A stretch of 64,000 bases of DNA from a virus: positions 1-64,000 of the IMG/VR virus record IMGVR_UViG_3300031965_000011; one strand, given 5' to 3'. The translations under genes were made by a program, and so were the position numbers. Position 1 is the stretch's first letter; each line of letters starts with the position of its first letter. Under the pieces are notes generated by a model. It worked only from the letters and a program-made list of their open reading frames with translations. It had not been told where the DNA came from and searched no databases. Below, piece after piece: positions 44,035 through 52,041 of the stretch.

Positions 44035-45149
44035 GTCAATCTCTTACGCAGCTCTCGGAAGGCTGCTGCTGCTTGGTCGATGACAACTCCGTTTCCGCAG
44101 AGTCGTAGTCGGTTGGATCGATCGCGGTCCATCCGATCGGCCAATTCATCAGCCACTCGACGAAATTGGGATTCAACCGAGTACGCCGGGACAAGTTCGG
44201 GGAACTCTCGGATGATTGCTGGCCATCTTGGGTCGTTTGGACCTGGCGCGAAGCGTGTAAGGCCCGCGAAGCGGTCGTCAGCGTAGCTCTGTTGGCAAGC
44301 GGCTCCCGATCCGTTATCGCTTGGACATGGGCTTCGGTCTGCATGTTCTCGCAGGCTCGCGGCGTTGGCCACCGCCTCACCGCTGTCGAGAACTCGTTCC
44401 CGTCCGGCCCGGTCCCCGCCTGGAATCCGAACAGTGTTGGCCAATGCGCTGCTTGATTCGCAAGCTGTACGCCGTGGTCCACTTCCCTCGGGTCGAATGT
44501 CCGTTCGTGCGCCGAGGGAGTCCCCCAATGCTTCGCCTGGCTCTCCAGCCCAACTTGGCGCTTGCCGTCCTCCGTCATGCCCTTGGCTTCCACCGTTTCG
44601 GCTGATACTGAGCGCCCGCCGTTCGGGACGTTCGGAGTCATCCACTGCGAGACAGAACCACCGCGCCCGTCTATGGCTGGCGCCCACGTCGGACGCGCGT
44701 AGACACAGCCATTCCGCACTCCACCCGCTTTCGGCCAAGTCCGCGAGGATTGATCCGAAGGCATCTCCTGCGGAAACAAGTCCAGCGACGTTCTCCAAGC
44801 CCAGCATCCATGCTCCCGTCTCGCGAGCCACTCTCCAGACGTCGGGCCAAAGCCATCGCTCGTCTTCGATCCCTTTTCGTTGGCCGGCGACAGAGACTGG
44901 GGGACATGGGAAACCCGCCAGTACCGCGTCCACGCATCCACTAAACTGCTCTGCGTTGAAGCGTTGTACATCAGTGAAAATAGGAGCCGGGTCCAGCCGC
45001 CCTTCTCGAATGCGCGCTGCCAAGTTTGCGGCCGCGTAGCCTTCCCGTTCCACGTAAGCGACATGCTGGCAATCGAAGACTTGACCGAAACCGAGATCAA
45101 GGCCCGCGGCGCCCGAACATAACGAAAGCACTCTGATGGTATTAGCCAT
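44031..45149 (-). CDS. dcm: DNA (cytosine-5)-methyltransferase
   Basis: Motif I LSLCSGAAGLDLGF, motif IV GFPCPPVS, motif VI LGLENV. The overlapping 44036..45154 frame lacks these motifs. Confidence 0.85.
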   Translation of the reverse strand: MANTIRVLSLCSGAAGLDLGFGQVFDCQHVAYVEREGYAAANLAARIREGRLDPAPIFTDVQRFNAEQFSGCVDAVLAGFPCPPVSVAGQRKGIEDERWLWPDVWRVARETGAWMLGLENVAGLVSAGDAFGSILADLAESGWSAEWLCLRASDVGASHRRARWFCLAVDDSERPERRALSISRNGGSQGHDGGRQAPSWAGEPGEALGDSLGARTDIRPEGSGPRRTACESSSALANTVRIPGGDRAGRERVLDSGEAVANAASLREHADRSPCPSDNGSGAACQQSYADDRFAGLTRFAPGPNDPRWPAIIREFPELVPAYSVESQFRRVADELADRMDRDRSNRLRLCGNGVVIDQAAAAFRELRKRLT

Positions 45150-45160
45150 GACATCGGGTT

Positions 45161-45496
45161 CTAGGGCTGCTGGGGCTTGCGGATGCCCTCAATAACCAGA
45201 AACCCTGGACAAGGGTCCGCAAGGCCAGCAGAGCACCTGTCGGCATACGTTTCCAGCGTTGCGCCGCACGGACAGATCACCTCGTCACCAAGAGCCGCCC
45301 CCACGTCTTCGTGGTAATCGTCTTCGTATTCTTCCGGCTCGACGTACTCGGCTGTACTGCCGCAATTTGGGCAACACCAAGGGTAGTTCGGCTTACTCAG
45401 ATTCCAGGTGTACTGTTCGGCGGTCAGCGTCACGATGCCGCAATTCGGCGCTCCCGGCACGCTGTCGCCATTGCATTGAATCCGGTGTTCACTCAT
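45161..45496 (-). CDS. Cys-rich (zinc-binding-like) hypothetical protein
   Basis: CCPNCG...CPCG...C...C pattern. Confidence 0.4.
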   Translation of the reverse strand: MSEHRIQCNGDSVPGAPNCGIVTLTAEQYTWNLSKPNYPWCCPNCGSTAEYVEPEEYEDDYHEDVGAALGDEVICPCGATLETYADRCSAGLADPCPGFLVIEGIRKPQQP

Positions 45497-45542
45497 TACT
45501 CCACCCTATCCCCCGGCTCTGCTACTAGCTCTACTTCTCGTT

Positions 45543-45770
45543 TCATTGGTCCTCCTGCTGGGACTTGCGGATTGACGACTCGTGGACGCGTCGGCGAATC
45601 TTCTGTCCTATGAGCCAGACGTGGTACCAGGCTTCCGTCACGCCTGCGAGTCGGAAGTAGACATCGACAGACTCCACTACGCCCTGTAGTCTGTTGTCGT
45701 CCACCTCCACCCTATCCCCCGGCTCTGCGATTAGGCCTACGGTTCGTTTGCCCATAATGTTTTGCACCAA
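45543..45770 (-). CDS. Small hypothetical protein
   Basis: 75-aa ORF. Contains one copy of a 24-bp duplicated segment. Confidence 0.35.
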   Translation of the reverse strand: MVQNIMGKRTVGLIAEPGDRVEVDDNRLQGVVESVDVYFRLAGVTEAWYHVWLIGQKIRRRVHESSIRKSQQEDQ

Positions 45771-46021
45771 ACTCCAGCCTCATACTCGTCCGGCTTGGGG
45801 ATTCTCCGCCCAAGGTCAAGGCACGCCGCAATCCAACCCCTGGCGGAATCCTCGATTGCCTCGTAGGCCTCTTGCGCTGTTTCTCCCTGCGAGCAGCAGC
45901 CGGGGAACTCCAAGATGAAGGCGGCGAATCCGCCATCCTCGCTCGGTATCAACACGCGCTTGTAGGGCAGTCGCAAGTAGCAATCAACTGTCTTGGTCAT
46001 TCGCTCCTGGCTGACGCTCAC
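45737..46021 (-). CDS. HicB-like (UPF0150) antitoxin-fold protein
   Basis: YKRVLIPSEDGGFAAFILEFPGCCSQGETAQEAYEAIEDSARGWI fits the HicB N-domain pattern. Confidence 0.55.
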   Translation of the reverse strand: MSVSQERMTKTVDCYLRLPYKRVLIPSEDGGFAAFILEFPGCCSQGETAQEAYEAIEDSARGWIAACLDLGRRIPKPDEYEAGVWCKTLWANEP

Positions 46022-46260
46022 GCCGACTCCAGCCCGGCAACCGCTTCTTTTAGCGCCACGCGCAGAAACTCAACACAGGCCGCCTTAGCCGCGGCCATAC
46101 TCTCGAACAGCTTGACGCGCGGGCTTTGACCCTCCGGCGTCCAGGTGATCCGCATCCCGCCAGCGGTTGCGTGAAAGCCTTCGCCGACTCGCGTAACGGC
46201 CGCCGTGATCCCTCCCGGCAACGTCGCGTGTGATCCCCATTCGTCGTCGATCCAGTTCAT
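46018..46260 (-). CDS. Small hypothetical protein
   Basis: 80-aa ORF, coupled to its neighbours. Confidence 0.35.
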   Translation of the reverse strand: MNWIDDEWGSHATLPGGITAAVTRVGEGFHATAGGMRITWTPEGQSPRVKLFESMAAAKAACVEFLRVALKEAVAGLESA

Positions 46261-47144
46261 TTCGCCTCCAGTCGTTTCAGCGCATCCCGCGCCGCCTTCT
46301 CAATCGCCCCGTCGCCGCACTTGGCGTAGCGCTCCAGTCGCTCCCGGCCTTCGTCGTCGCCGTTGATCGCCCAGGTCTCCGCCACGCGCACAGCGTCCGC
46401 CGTAGGCCCGGCACGGGCGGTGTCTTGGCCCCAGGACTCGCGGTAACGGAACTTGCGAAGGAAGTTTTCAGCAGGTACGAACTTCGGGTCCTGCCCTGAG
46501 GTGATCATGCGACTCAGCCCGTCCATGACCGCCCGGCACTCTTCGGCTGGGTTCACGTGGCCGCCAACGATGTCAGACCAAGCGTGCTCCAGCGTCGGGG
46601 CGTGGAGTCCTGCATCGTTCGGGTACGCGGCCTTGAACCAGGAGAGGGCTTCGTCGAGCCGAAACGGTTCCCCCTCAGACTCCCCTTCCGTATCCGAATC
46701 CGTATTCCGTATTCCGTATTCCGTATCCGGTAGTGTCGTGTTTTTTTTCGCATCTGCTACGCAAGCGCTTTGCATCTGCGAGTCATCAGGCCCAGGCCAC
46801 TTCGGTTTTGACCTGATTGGCTGCCGGAAGTTGTTGATTTGTAAGTACCATCTGCCTGCTACGCAATACCTTGATACGAGCGTGCCATGCACTTGCTTAC
46901 CATCCGCTACCCAGGCGTATGGCATCTGCGATACATCTGCTATGCATTCCTCGATTCGTTCAACGCCCCACCTGCTGAGCTGGAAGGGAAAGCAGTTGAG
47001 TAGCAGAAGCTCTGCATCTGATTCGCATCTGCCGTAGTCGTCCACTTCGTTTATCAAGGCCCTATAGAACAACTGGGCTGGCTCCGATAATCGGCTGACG
47101 GTTCGTGATCGGTTGATCCCTGCTCGTACTAATCGCGTCGGCAC
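46257..47144 (-). CDS. Putative replication initiator/organiser (lambda O analogue) carrying internal iterons
   Basis: Position in the replication module. The gene body contains about 8 CATCTGC-type repeats, a heptamer tandem repeat and a T8 run. Confidence 0.4.
   Translation of the reverse strand: MPTRLVRAGINRSRTVSRLSEPAQLFYRALINEVDDYGRCESDAELLLLNCFPFQLSRWGVERIEECIADVSQMPYAWVADGKQVHGTLVSRYCVAGRWYLQINNFRQPIRSKPKWPGPDDSQMQSACVADAKKNTTLPDTEYGIRNTDSDTEGESEGEPFRLDEALSWFKAAYPNDAGLHAPTLEHAWSDIVGGHVNPAEECRAVMDGLSRMITSGQDPKFVPAENFLRKFRYRESWGQDTARAGPTADAVRVAETWAINGDDEGRERLERYAKCGDGAIEKAARDALKRLEAK
46689..47032. repeat. Candidate origin: CGTATTC heptamer tandem (46689-46728), T8 run (46741-46748), CATCTGC(TAYGCA) iterons
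   Basis: CATCTGC at 46751, 46773, 46849, 46923, 46934 and 47026. Variants at 46901 (CATCCGC) and 47015 (CATCTGA). Confidence 0.5.
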
Positions 47145-47147
47145 CCT

Positions 47148-47477
47148 CTAGAACTCCTCTCTCTTCCAACCCAAACGCTTGTCTTTTTTGATCGCGATGA
47201 AGCGGAACGGCGTCTGGCCGGCCGCTACCTTGATCCGCACTTTTGCCGCCTCTCGCCAGTGGCCCTTCGTCTCGTGAAATTGCAGTTCGCCATCGGCCAT
47301 CACCACGGCGAAGTCCGGCGTGTAGGTTGCGCCATCCGCGAGCTTGAGCGTGATCACTTCGTAAGCCCACCACGACACTTCGCCGCGGCTCTTGAGCGCG
47401 TCCAGATACAGCCCGTATTCGTACTCCAGGGCGTTTTTGAACTGCGGCTGATTCATTCCGCGGGCGCGTACGGTCAC
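47148..47477 (-). CDS. DUF1064-like PD-(D/E)XK nuclease (putative Holliday-junction resolvase)
   Basis: FKNALEYEYGLYLDALKSRGEV...YTPDFAVVMADGELQFHETKG has the D...E-x-K arrangement. Confidence 0.5.
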   Translation of the reverse strand: MTVRARGMNQPQFKNALEYEYGLYLDALKSRGEVSWWAYEVITLKLADGATYTPDFAVVMADGELQFHETKGHWREAAKVRIKVAAGQTPFRFIAIKKDKRLGWKREEF

Positions 47478-47662
47478 TTACCCTCCGGCTTCTTTGGCGT
47501 GATCTGCTTCAGGTCCATTTGCTTCTGGACCTTGCCTTCAGAGTCCAGCTTGTAAGCCATCAGTGTGGCCCGTACAGTGCCGTCGTCGCTCAAGGCGATA
47601 CCAGGAGCCACCTTGACGTTGTGCTCGTCACAGACAGCCTGAATGGCTTGCATGAACTTCAT
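47474..47662 (-). CDS. Small hypothetical protein
   Basis: 62-aa ORF, coupled on both sides. Confidence 0.35.
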   Translation of the reverse strand: MKFMQAIQAVCDEHNVKVAPGIALSDDGTVRATLMAYKLDSEGKVQKQMDLKQITPKKPEGK

Positions 47663-48402
47663 GCGATCCTCCCGTGGCCGCGGAGGACGGCGGCGATGTT
47701 GGGCGGCTCAAAGCTGGGCGGTTTTAGGATCTTGCCGTCGTCGCGCCTGACGGACGCATAGCCTGTGCCGCGGCAAGCTGGACAGTCTGCGTCGAGTTGT
47801 AGGCACTGGACGAACTTGGTCATATTGGAGCGGTGGACTTCGGCGAAGACCCCGGCTAGCGGGATGGCGTAGAATTCAGAGGCCACCCGCAGCGCCCCGA
47901 TCATCAGTCGCAAGCCTCGAAGGACGGAAAATGGGCTGAGCGGAGCAAACGCTCCTCGGTGCCAACTGGCAATACTGAAGTCACCCCTTTCTTTGTCCTC
48001 TGCAATGCGGTCGCACAGGGCCTTAGCGTCCCTCAAGTACTTGCGGAAGTATTTCTGTATCAGTAGCTCCACGTCCATCCTGTCGTCATCGGTCATTAGA
48101 TTGGGACGGGATTGGCTGTAGAGCGGGTCCGCGGGCGTGAAGCCCCAAGCCACCATCGCTCCGATTGTCACGTAAGCGATATCCGCAAGCGCGTCAGCTA
48201 CCGCGACTAGCGCGTCATTCGTGCCGTACTTCTCGTACAGATCGGCGGCCTGCTGAAACTCGCGGATCTCTTCGAGAATGAGCGAGCGGCGAAGCTCTTG
48301 GAGTTGCGGAGAGAGGCGCACGGGCTGGTCTGGGCATTCCTGACCAGCCGCGCGCATAAACTCGGCAACGGCGCCGCGGGGGTCTGTGATGGGGTCGATC
48401 AT
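47659..48402 (-). CDS. MazG-like nucleotide pyrophosphohydrolase-family protein
   Basis: VAEFMRAAGQ...LRRSLILEEIREF...DALADIAYVTIG...EVHRSNMTKF...RRDDGKILKP pattern. Confidence 0.55.
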   Translation of the reverse strand: MIDPITDPRGAVAEFMRAAGQECPDQPVRLSPQLQELRRSLILEEIREFQQAADLYEKYGTNDALVAVADALADIAYVTIGAMVAWGFTPADPLYSQSRPNLMTDDDRMDVELLIQKYFRKYLRDAKALCDRIAEDKERGDFSIASWHRGAFAPLSPFSVLRGLRLMIGALRVASEFYAIPLAGVFAEVHRSNMTKFVQCLQLDADCPACRGTGYASVRRDDGKILKPPSFEPPNIAAVLRGHGRIA

Positions 48403-50669
48403 GCGGCATCCTCGACGGCGGCTTCCTCGACGACGGCTTCGTGCTCTGTTTCTTCGGCGCTGAAGAGCGTCTGCTGCTTGCGCTCATACTTCTCGGCGTG
48501 CGTCAGATTCCTGACGGCCTGATCGAAGTACGACTGCTTTAGTTCAAATCCGATGAACCGCCGATCCGCTTTGATCGCTTCATAGCCCTCGCTGCCGATG
48601 CCCGTGAATGGCGATAAGACCAAGTCGCCGGGATTCGACCAGAGCATCAGCGCCCGGCGGATGACCTGCAACTGCAGCGGGCAGATGTGCCTCTCGTCCT
48701 TGTCTTCGCGGGCGCTGCGATACTGCAAAGTGTCGGACGGATTGATGTCCATCCAGACGGGCGATGCGATCTTTTGCCACTCCGCAACGGGAAACTCTTC
48801 GGCTGTGTGGCTGATCGGCTCAGCGTTTACCCCTGGTTTCCGCATCGTGATGAGGTAATCGGCTATCCCCTGCCGGCTCATCGACGAGTCCTTTTTGAGC
48901 TGCTTCCAAAGTAGCCCGAGCGCCTTGGTGCGCTGCATCGCGGTTACGGGGTCCTTCCATATCGTGACGCCGGAATGGTATAGCCATCCTGCATTCTCAA
49001 ACTCTCGAATCAGCAGCCCGCGGAAGTCGCGCAAGGCAATCTCCCCATCGCGCATCTTCGACATCGGCAGGTCCATACAGTGAAACGAGCACAGCCTCCC
49101 CGGCTTGGTCGTGCGGAACAACTCAGCGACGAGAAAACGGAACTGAGCGAAAAACTCGTCGTGGTTGCGGCAGTTGCCCATGTCGTTTGGGCTGTCCGTG
49201 TACGTGTACAGCGAAGCGAACGGCGGGCTGAATATGCTGTAGTTGATAGATTCGTCCGGTTCGACTGACAACCCGAGAACCGCATCGGAAAGCGTGATCG
49301 TCCAGTTCTCGCCGCGCTTGGTTTCAACGGGCGATTCCAGCTTCTCCGGTCGGCTGACGCTCAATTCCTGCCCTTCTTGCATGGCGGCCATCATCCCTTC
49401 CCGTTGCTCCATTGCCTGCCTGTCTTTGCGCTCGATGTTGCGAACAACCGCGCCCTCGGTTTCTGCCGTAACGACGTAGCACTGGACGGGGCGCGACTGC
49501 CCGAATCGCCAAGTGCGCCGGATCAGTTGGTAGTATTGCTCCCATGAGTCAGACAGTCCTACGACGGCGTTGCGCGCGCACTGTTGCCAGTTCATCCCGA
49601 ACCCGGCGATAGAAGGCTTCGTCACAAGCCGATCGATCTCACCCGCAGAGAAAGCCAGCAAGGCCTCTTCCTTGGCGTCGACGGACATACTGCCGCGCAC
49701 TTCCATAGCGGCGCATTCGCGAGCTAGCGCTTCGGATTCGGCGTTGAGGTTACACCACAGCAGCCATTGCTCTTTCGGTTGTGATTCGACGATCTCCGCA
49801 CAGGCCGCGACTCGCTCGTTGATGCTGGACTTGCGGGCGTCGCGCCTCTCGCCCAGCGTCTTGGCTTCCATCGGGAAAAGATGCTGACCGTCGCTCTCGG
49901 AGTCGACCGTGACCTGGTAGATCTCCAGCGACGGCAGAACGAATCCATCATCCGATCCGCCTATGTCCGACGGCTTCGATATCGCCGTGGCCCAAGAACA
50001 AACCCAACGCCAGAACTCGGCTTGCGCGTGGCCCTTGAGCCGCCATTTCGATGTATCGCCGCCGTCGTGAACAAAGAACGTCGCCAGCATTTCGGCGGCG
50101 GTCATCACGCCCAGGAACTCGGCATGGTTGCCTAGCTCCATGTGGTCGTTCGGCGCTGGAGTCGCCGTGCAGCAGAGCCGGTACGGGATACTCGCGGAGA
50201 ACTCCGTCAACCGTCTCCGCGTCTTGCCCGTCATGGCCTTGAGAATCGAAGATTCGTCTAATACGACTGACCGGAAGTCGTCCGGGTTGAACTTCTCCAG
50301 CCGTTCGTAGTTCGTGATGATCGTCTTGACGCCAGCGGTTAGCGCGGTCTGCATTTCGGCGCGGTCTCTCGCGTAGCGAGCTTCGATACCAAACTTCTCG
50401 GCTTCGCGCTGCGTCTGCTTGCCTACAGCTAAGGGAGCCAAGATTAGGCCGGGCCGGTTTGTCTGCTCGGTGACCTGCCGCGACCATTCCAGTTGCATAG
50501 GCGTCTTGCCGAGTCCGCACTCGGCAAAGACCGCGCTGCGTCCGATCCGGCAGGCGCGATCCACCGTGCGTCGCTGCCAGTCGAATAGCAGTTGGTTAAT
50601 CGGTCCGGGCGTGATGCCGCACGGCTCCAGCCGCCGCGCCTTACGTTCGATGACTTGTTCGTAGGTCAT
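48399..50669 (-). CDS. Fusion of an SNF2/DEAD-like helicase and a beta-class N6/N4 DNA methyltransferase
   Basis: Helicase: AECGLGKTPMQL, VVLDESS, CCTATP. MTase: motif IV FSPPFASLY precedes motif I LSPFTGIGSEGYEA. Start set to ATG 50669 (ATGA overlap with the dnaB stop). Confidence 0.8.
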   Translation of the reverse strand: MTYEQVIERKARRLEPCGITPGPINQLLFDWQRRTVDRACRIGRSAVFAECGLGKTPMQLEWSRQVTEQTNRPGLILAPLAVGKQTQREAEKFGIEARYARDRAEMQTALTAGVKTIITNYERLEKFNPDDFRSVVLDESSILKAMTGKTRRRLTEFSASIPYRLCCTATPAPNDHMELGNHAEFLGVMTAAEMLATFFVHDGGDTSKWRLKGHAQAEFWRWVCSWATAISKPSDIGGSDDGFVLPSLEIYQVTVDSESDGQHLFPMEAKTLGERRDARKSSINERVAACAEIVESQPKEQWLLWCNLNAESEALARECAAMEVRGSMSVDAKEEALLAFSAGEIDRLVTKPSIAGFGMNWQQCARNAVVGLSDSWEQYYQLIRRTWRFGQSRPVQCYVVTAETEGAVVRNIERKDRQAMEQREGMMAAMQEGQELSVSRPEKLESPVETKRGENWTITLSDAVLGLSVEPDESINYSIFSPPFASLYTYTDSPNDMGNCRNHDEFFAQFRFLVAELFRTTKPGRLCSFHCMDLPMSKMRDGEIALRDFRGLLIREFENAGWLYHSGVTIWKDPVTAMQRTKALGLLWKQLKKDSSMSRQGIADYLITMRKPGVNAEPISHTAEEFPVAEWQKIASPVWMDINPSDTLQYRSAREDKDERHICPLQLQVIRRALMLWSNPGDLVLSPFTGIGSEGYEAIKADRRFIGFELKQSYFDQAVRNLTHAEKYERKQQTLFSAEETEHEAVVEEAAVEDAA

Positions 50670-52027
50670 GCCGCCGCATCCTCCCAAGGCTCATCGCCAC
50701 TGATTGGCGCTTCCGAATCAGCCAGGTTGTCGAAGCGGGCGTACTTGTCGCGAAAGGCTAGTCGCACGGTGCCCGTGGGGCCGTTGCGTTGCTTGGCGAT
50801 AATGATTTCGGCGATTCCCTTTAGGTCTTCGCGATCCGGTTTGTACTTCTCTTCGCGGTAGATGAACATCACGACCGAAGCGTCCTGTTCGATGGAGCCC
50901 GACTCACGAAGGTCCGACAGCATCGGGCGATGATCGCCCGTGCGTTGCTCGGGTGCGCGGCTCAACTGCGAAAGGGCAATGACCGGCACGCCCAACTCGC
51001 CGGCCGATACCTTAAGGCTGCGGCTCACGGCGGAAACCTCCTGCGTGCGGTTCTCGGATCGCTTCTGCCCGCTCGCTGCTAGCTGCAAGTAGTCGAAGAT
51101 GACCAGATCTAACCCATGCCGCGATTGAATCCGTCGGCACTGAGCCAGCGCGGCATCGACCGATATGCTTGTGCGGTCTACGATGTAAATCTTGGCCCGC
51201 CGCAACTCTTCCGCGGCAGCCGTCAGCTTGCGCCGCTCGTCGGAATTGAGTTGCCCCATGCGCAACCGCAATTGGTCGACGCGGGCGTGGGCGCAGACAA
51301 ACCTCTGGAACATCTGCTGCACGTCCATTTCAAGAGTGAATAAGGCGATGGACTTGTTTTCCTTCAGGGCGACGTATTCAGCAATAGACAGCCCTAGCGC
51401 GGTCTTGCCGAAGCTGGAGCGGGCCGCGATGATGATGAGCTCGCCTGGACGGAAACCCCACGTCATGCGGTCCAGGTCGTAGAAGCCGCTGCGTACGCCC
51501 TCGGTCACCGGCGCGATGGCCGCGTCGATGCCGCCAACCGCGTCGATGTAAGCCGATGGCGTAATCGCTTCATCCGATCCGGCGGCGTGGTCGTTGATCG
51601 CCTCAAGCTCCGAAGAGATCCTTCCGACAATTTCAGCAGGACTCGCGGACCTATCCAGTGCGTAGCCTTGAGCGGCTTGGCCGATGAGAACTAACCGTCT
51701 GCGTGCCCCGTACTCGCGCAGCACGTCGCACTGGCCGGCAACTGATGGGTACTCCGGCAAGCCCTCCAGCAGCTTGAGGATTCGTTTCGGCCCGCCGATC
51801 TCCGCGAGCTGGTTTTTCTTGCCGAGGTAATCGGCGACCGTCGCCGGGTCGATGCCGATTTGTGCCGCGACCATCTCGCGGATCGCGTTGTAGACGATCC
51901 GGTTGGGAACGACCGAAAAGTCATGCTCGGCGACTTGGCCGACGATCTCCTGGGCCAGGTGCGGCTGCAGGATCATCGTGCCGAGCACGACGGATTCAAG
52001 GTCTAGCGATGCTGGCATGGCGTTCAA
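50666..52027 (-). CDS. dnaB: Replicative DNA helicase DnaB
   Basis: DnaB N-domain, Walker A ARSSFGKTALGL, LVIFDYLQL, RSLKVSAGELGVPVIALSQLSR, ...IIAKQRNGPTG. Confidence 0.9.
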   Translation of the reverse strand: MNAMPASLDLESVVLGTMILQPHLAQEIVGQVAEHDFSVVPNRIVYNAIREMVAAQIGIDPATVADYLGKKNQLAEIGGPKRILKLLEGLPEYPSVAGQCDVLREYGARRRLVLIGQAAQGYALDRSASPAEIVGRISSELEAINDHAAGSDEAITPSAYIDAVGGIDAAIAPVTEGVRSGFYDLDRMTWGFRPGELIIIAARSSFGKTALGLSIAEYVALKENKSIALFTLEMDVQQMFQRFVCAHARVDQLRLRMGQLNSDERRKLTAAAEELRRAKIYIVDRTSISVDAALAQCRRIQSRHGLDLVIFDYLQLAASGQKRSENRTQEVSAVSRSLKVSAGELGVPVIALSQLSRAPEQRTGDHRPMLSDLRESGSIEQDASVVMFIYREEKYKPDREDLKGIAEIIIAKQRNGPTGTVRLAFRDKYARFDNLADSEAPISGDEPWEDAAA

Positions 52028-52041
52028 CGGATATCCCCCGA

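Noticed and set aside
44036-45154. Alternative 372-aa frame overlapping the C5-methyltransferase
   Set aside because: It lacks methyltransferase motifs I, IV and VI, all of which are present in the 44031..45149 frame.
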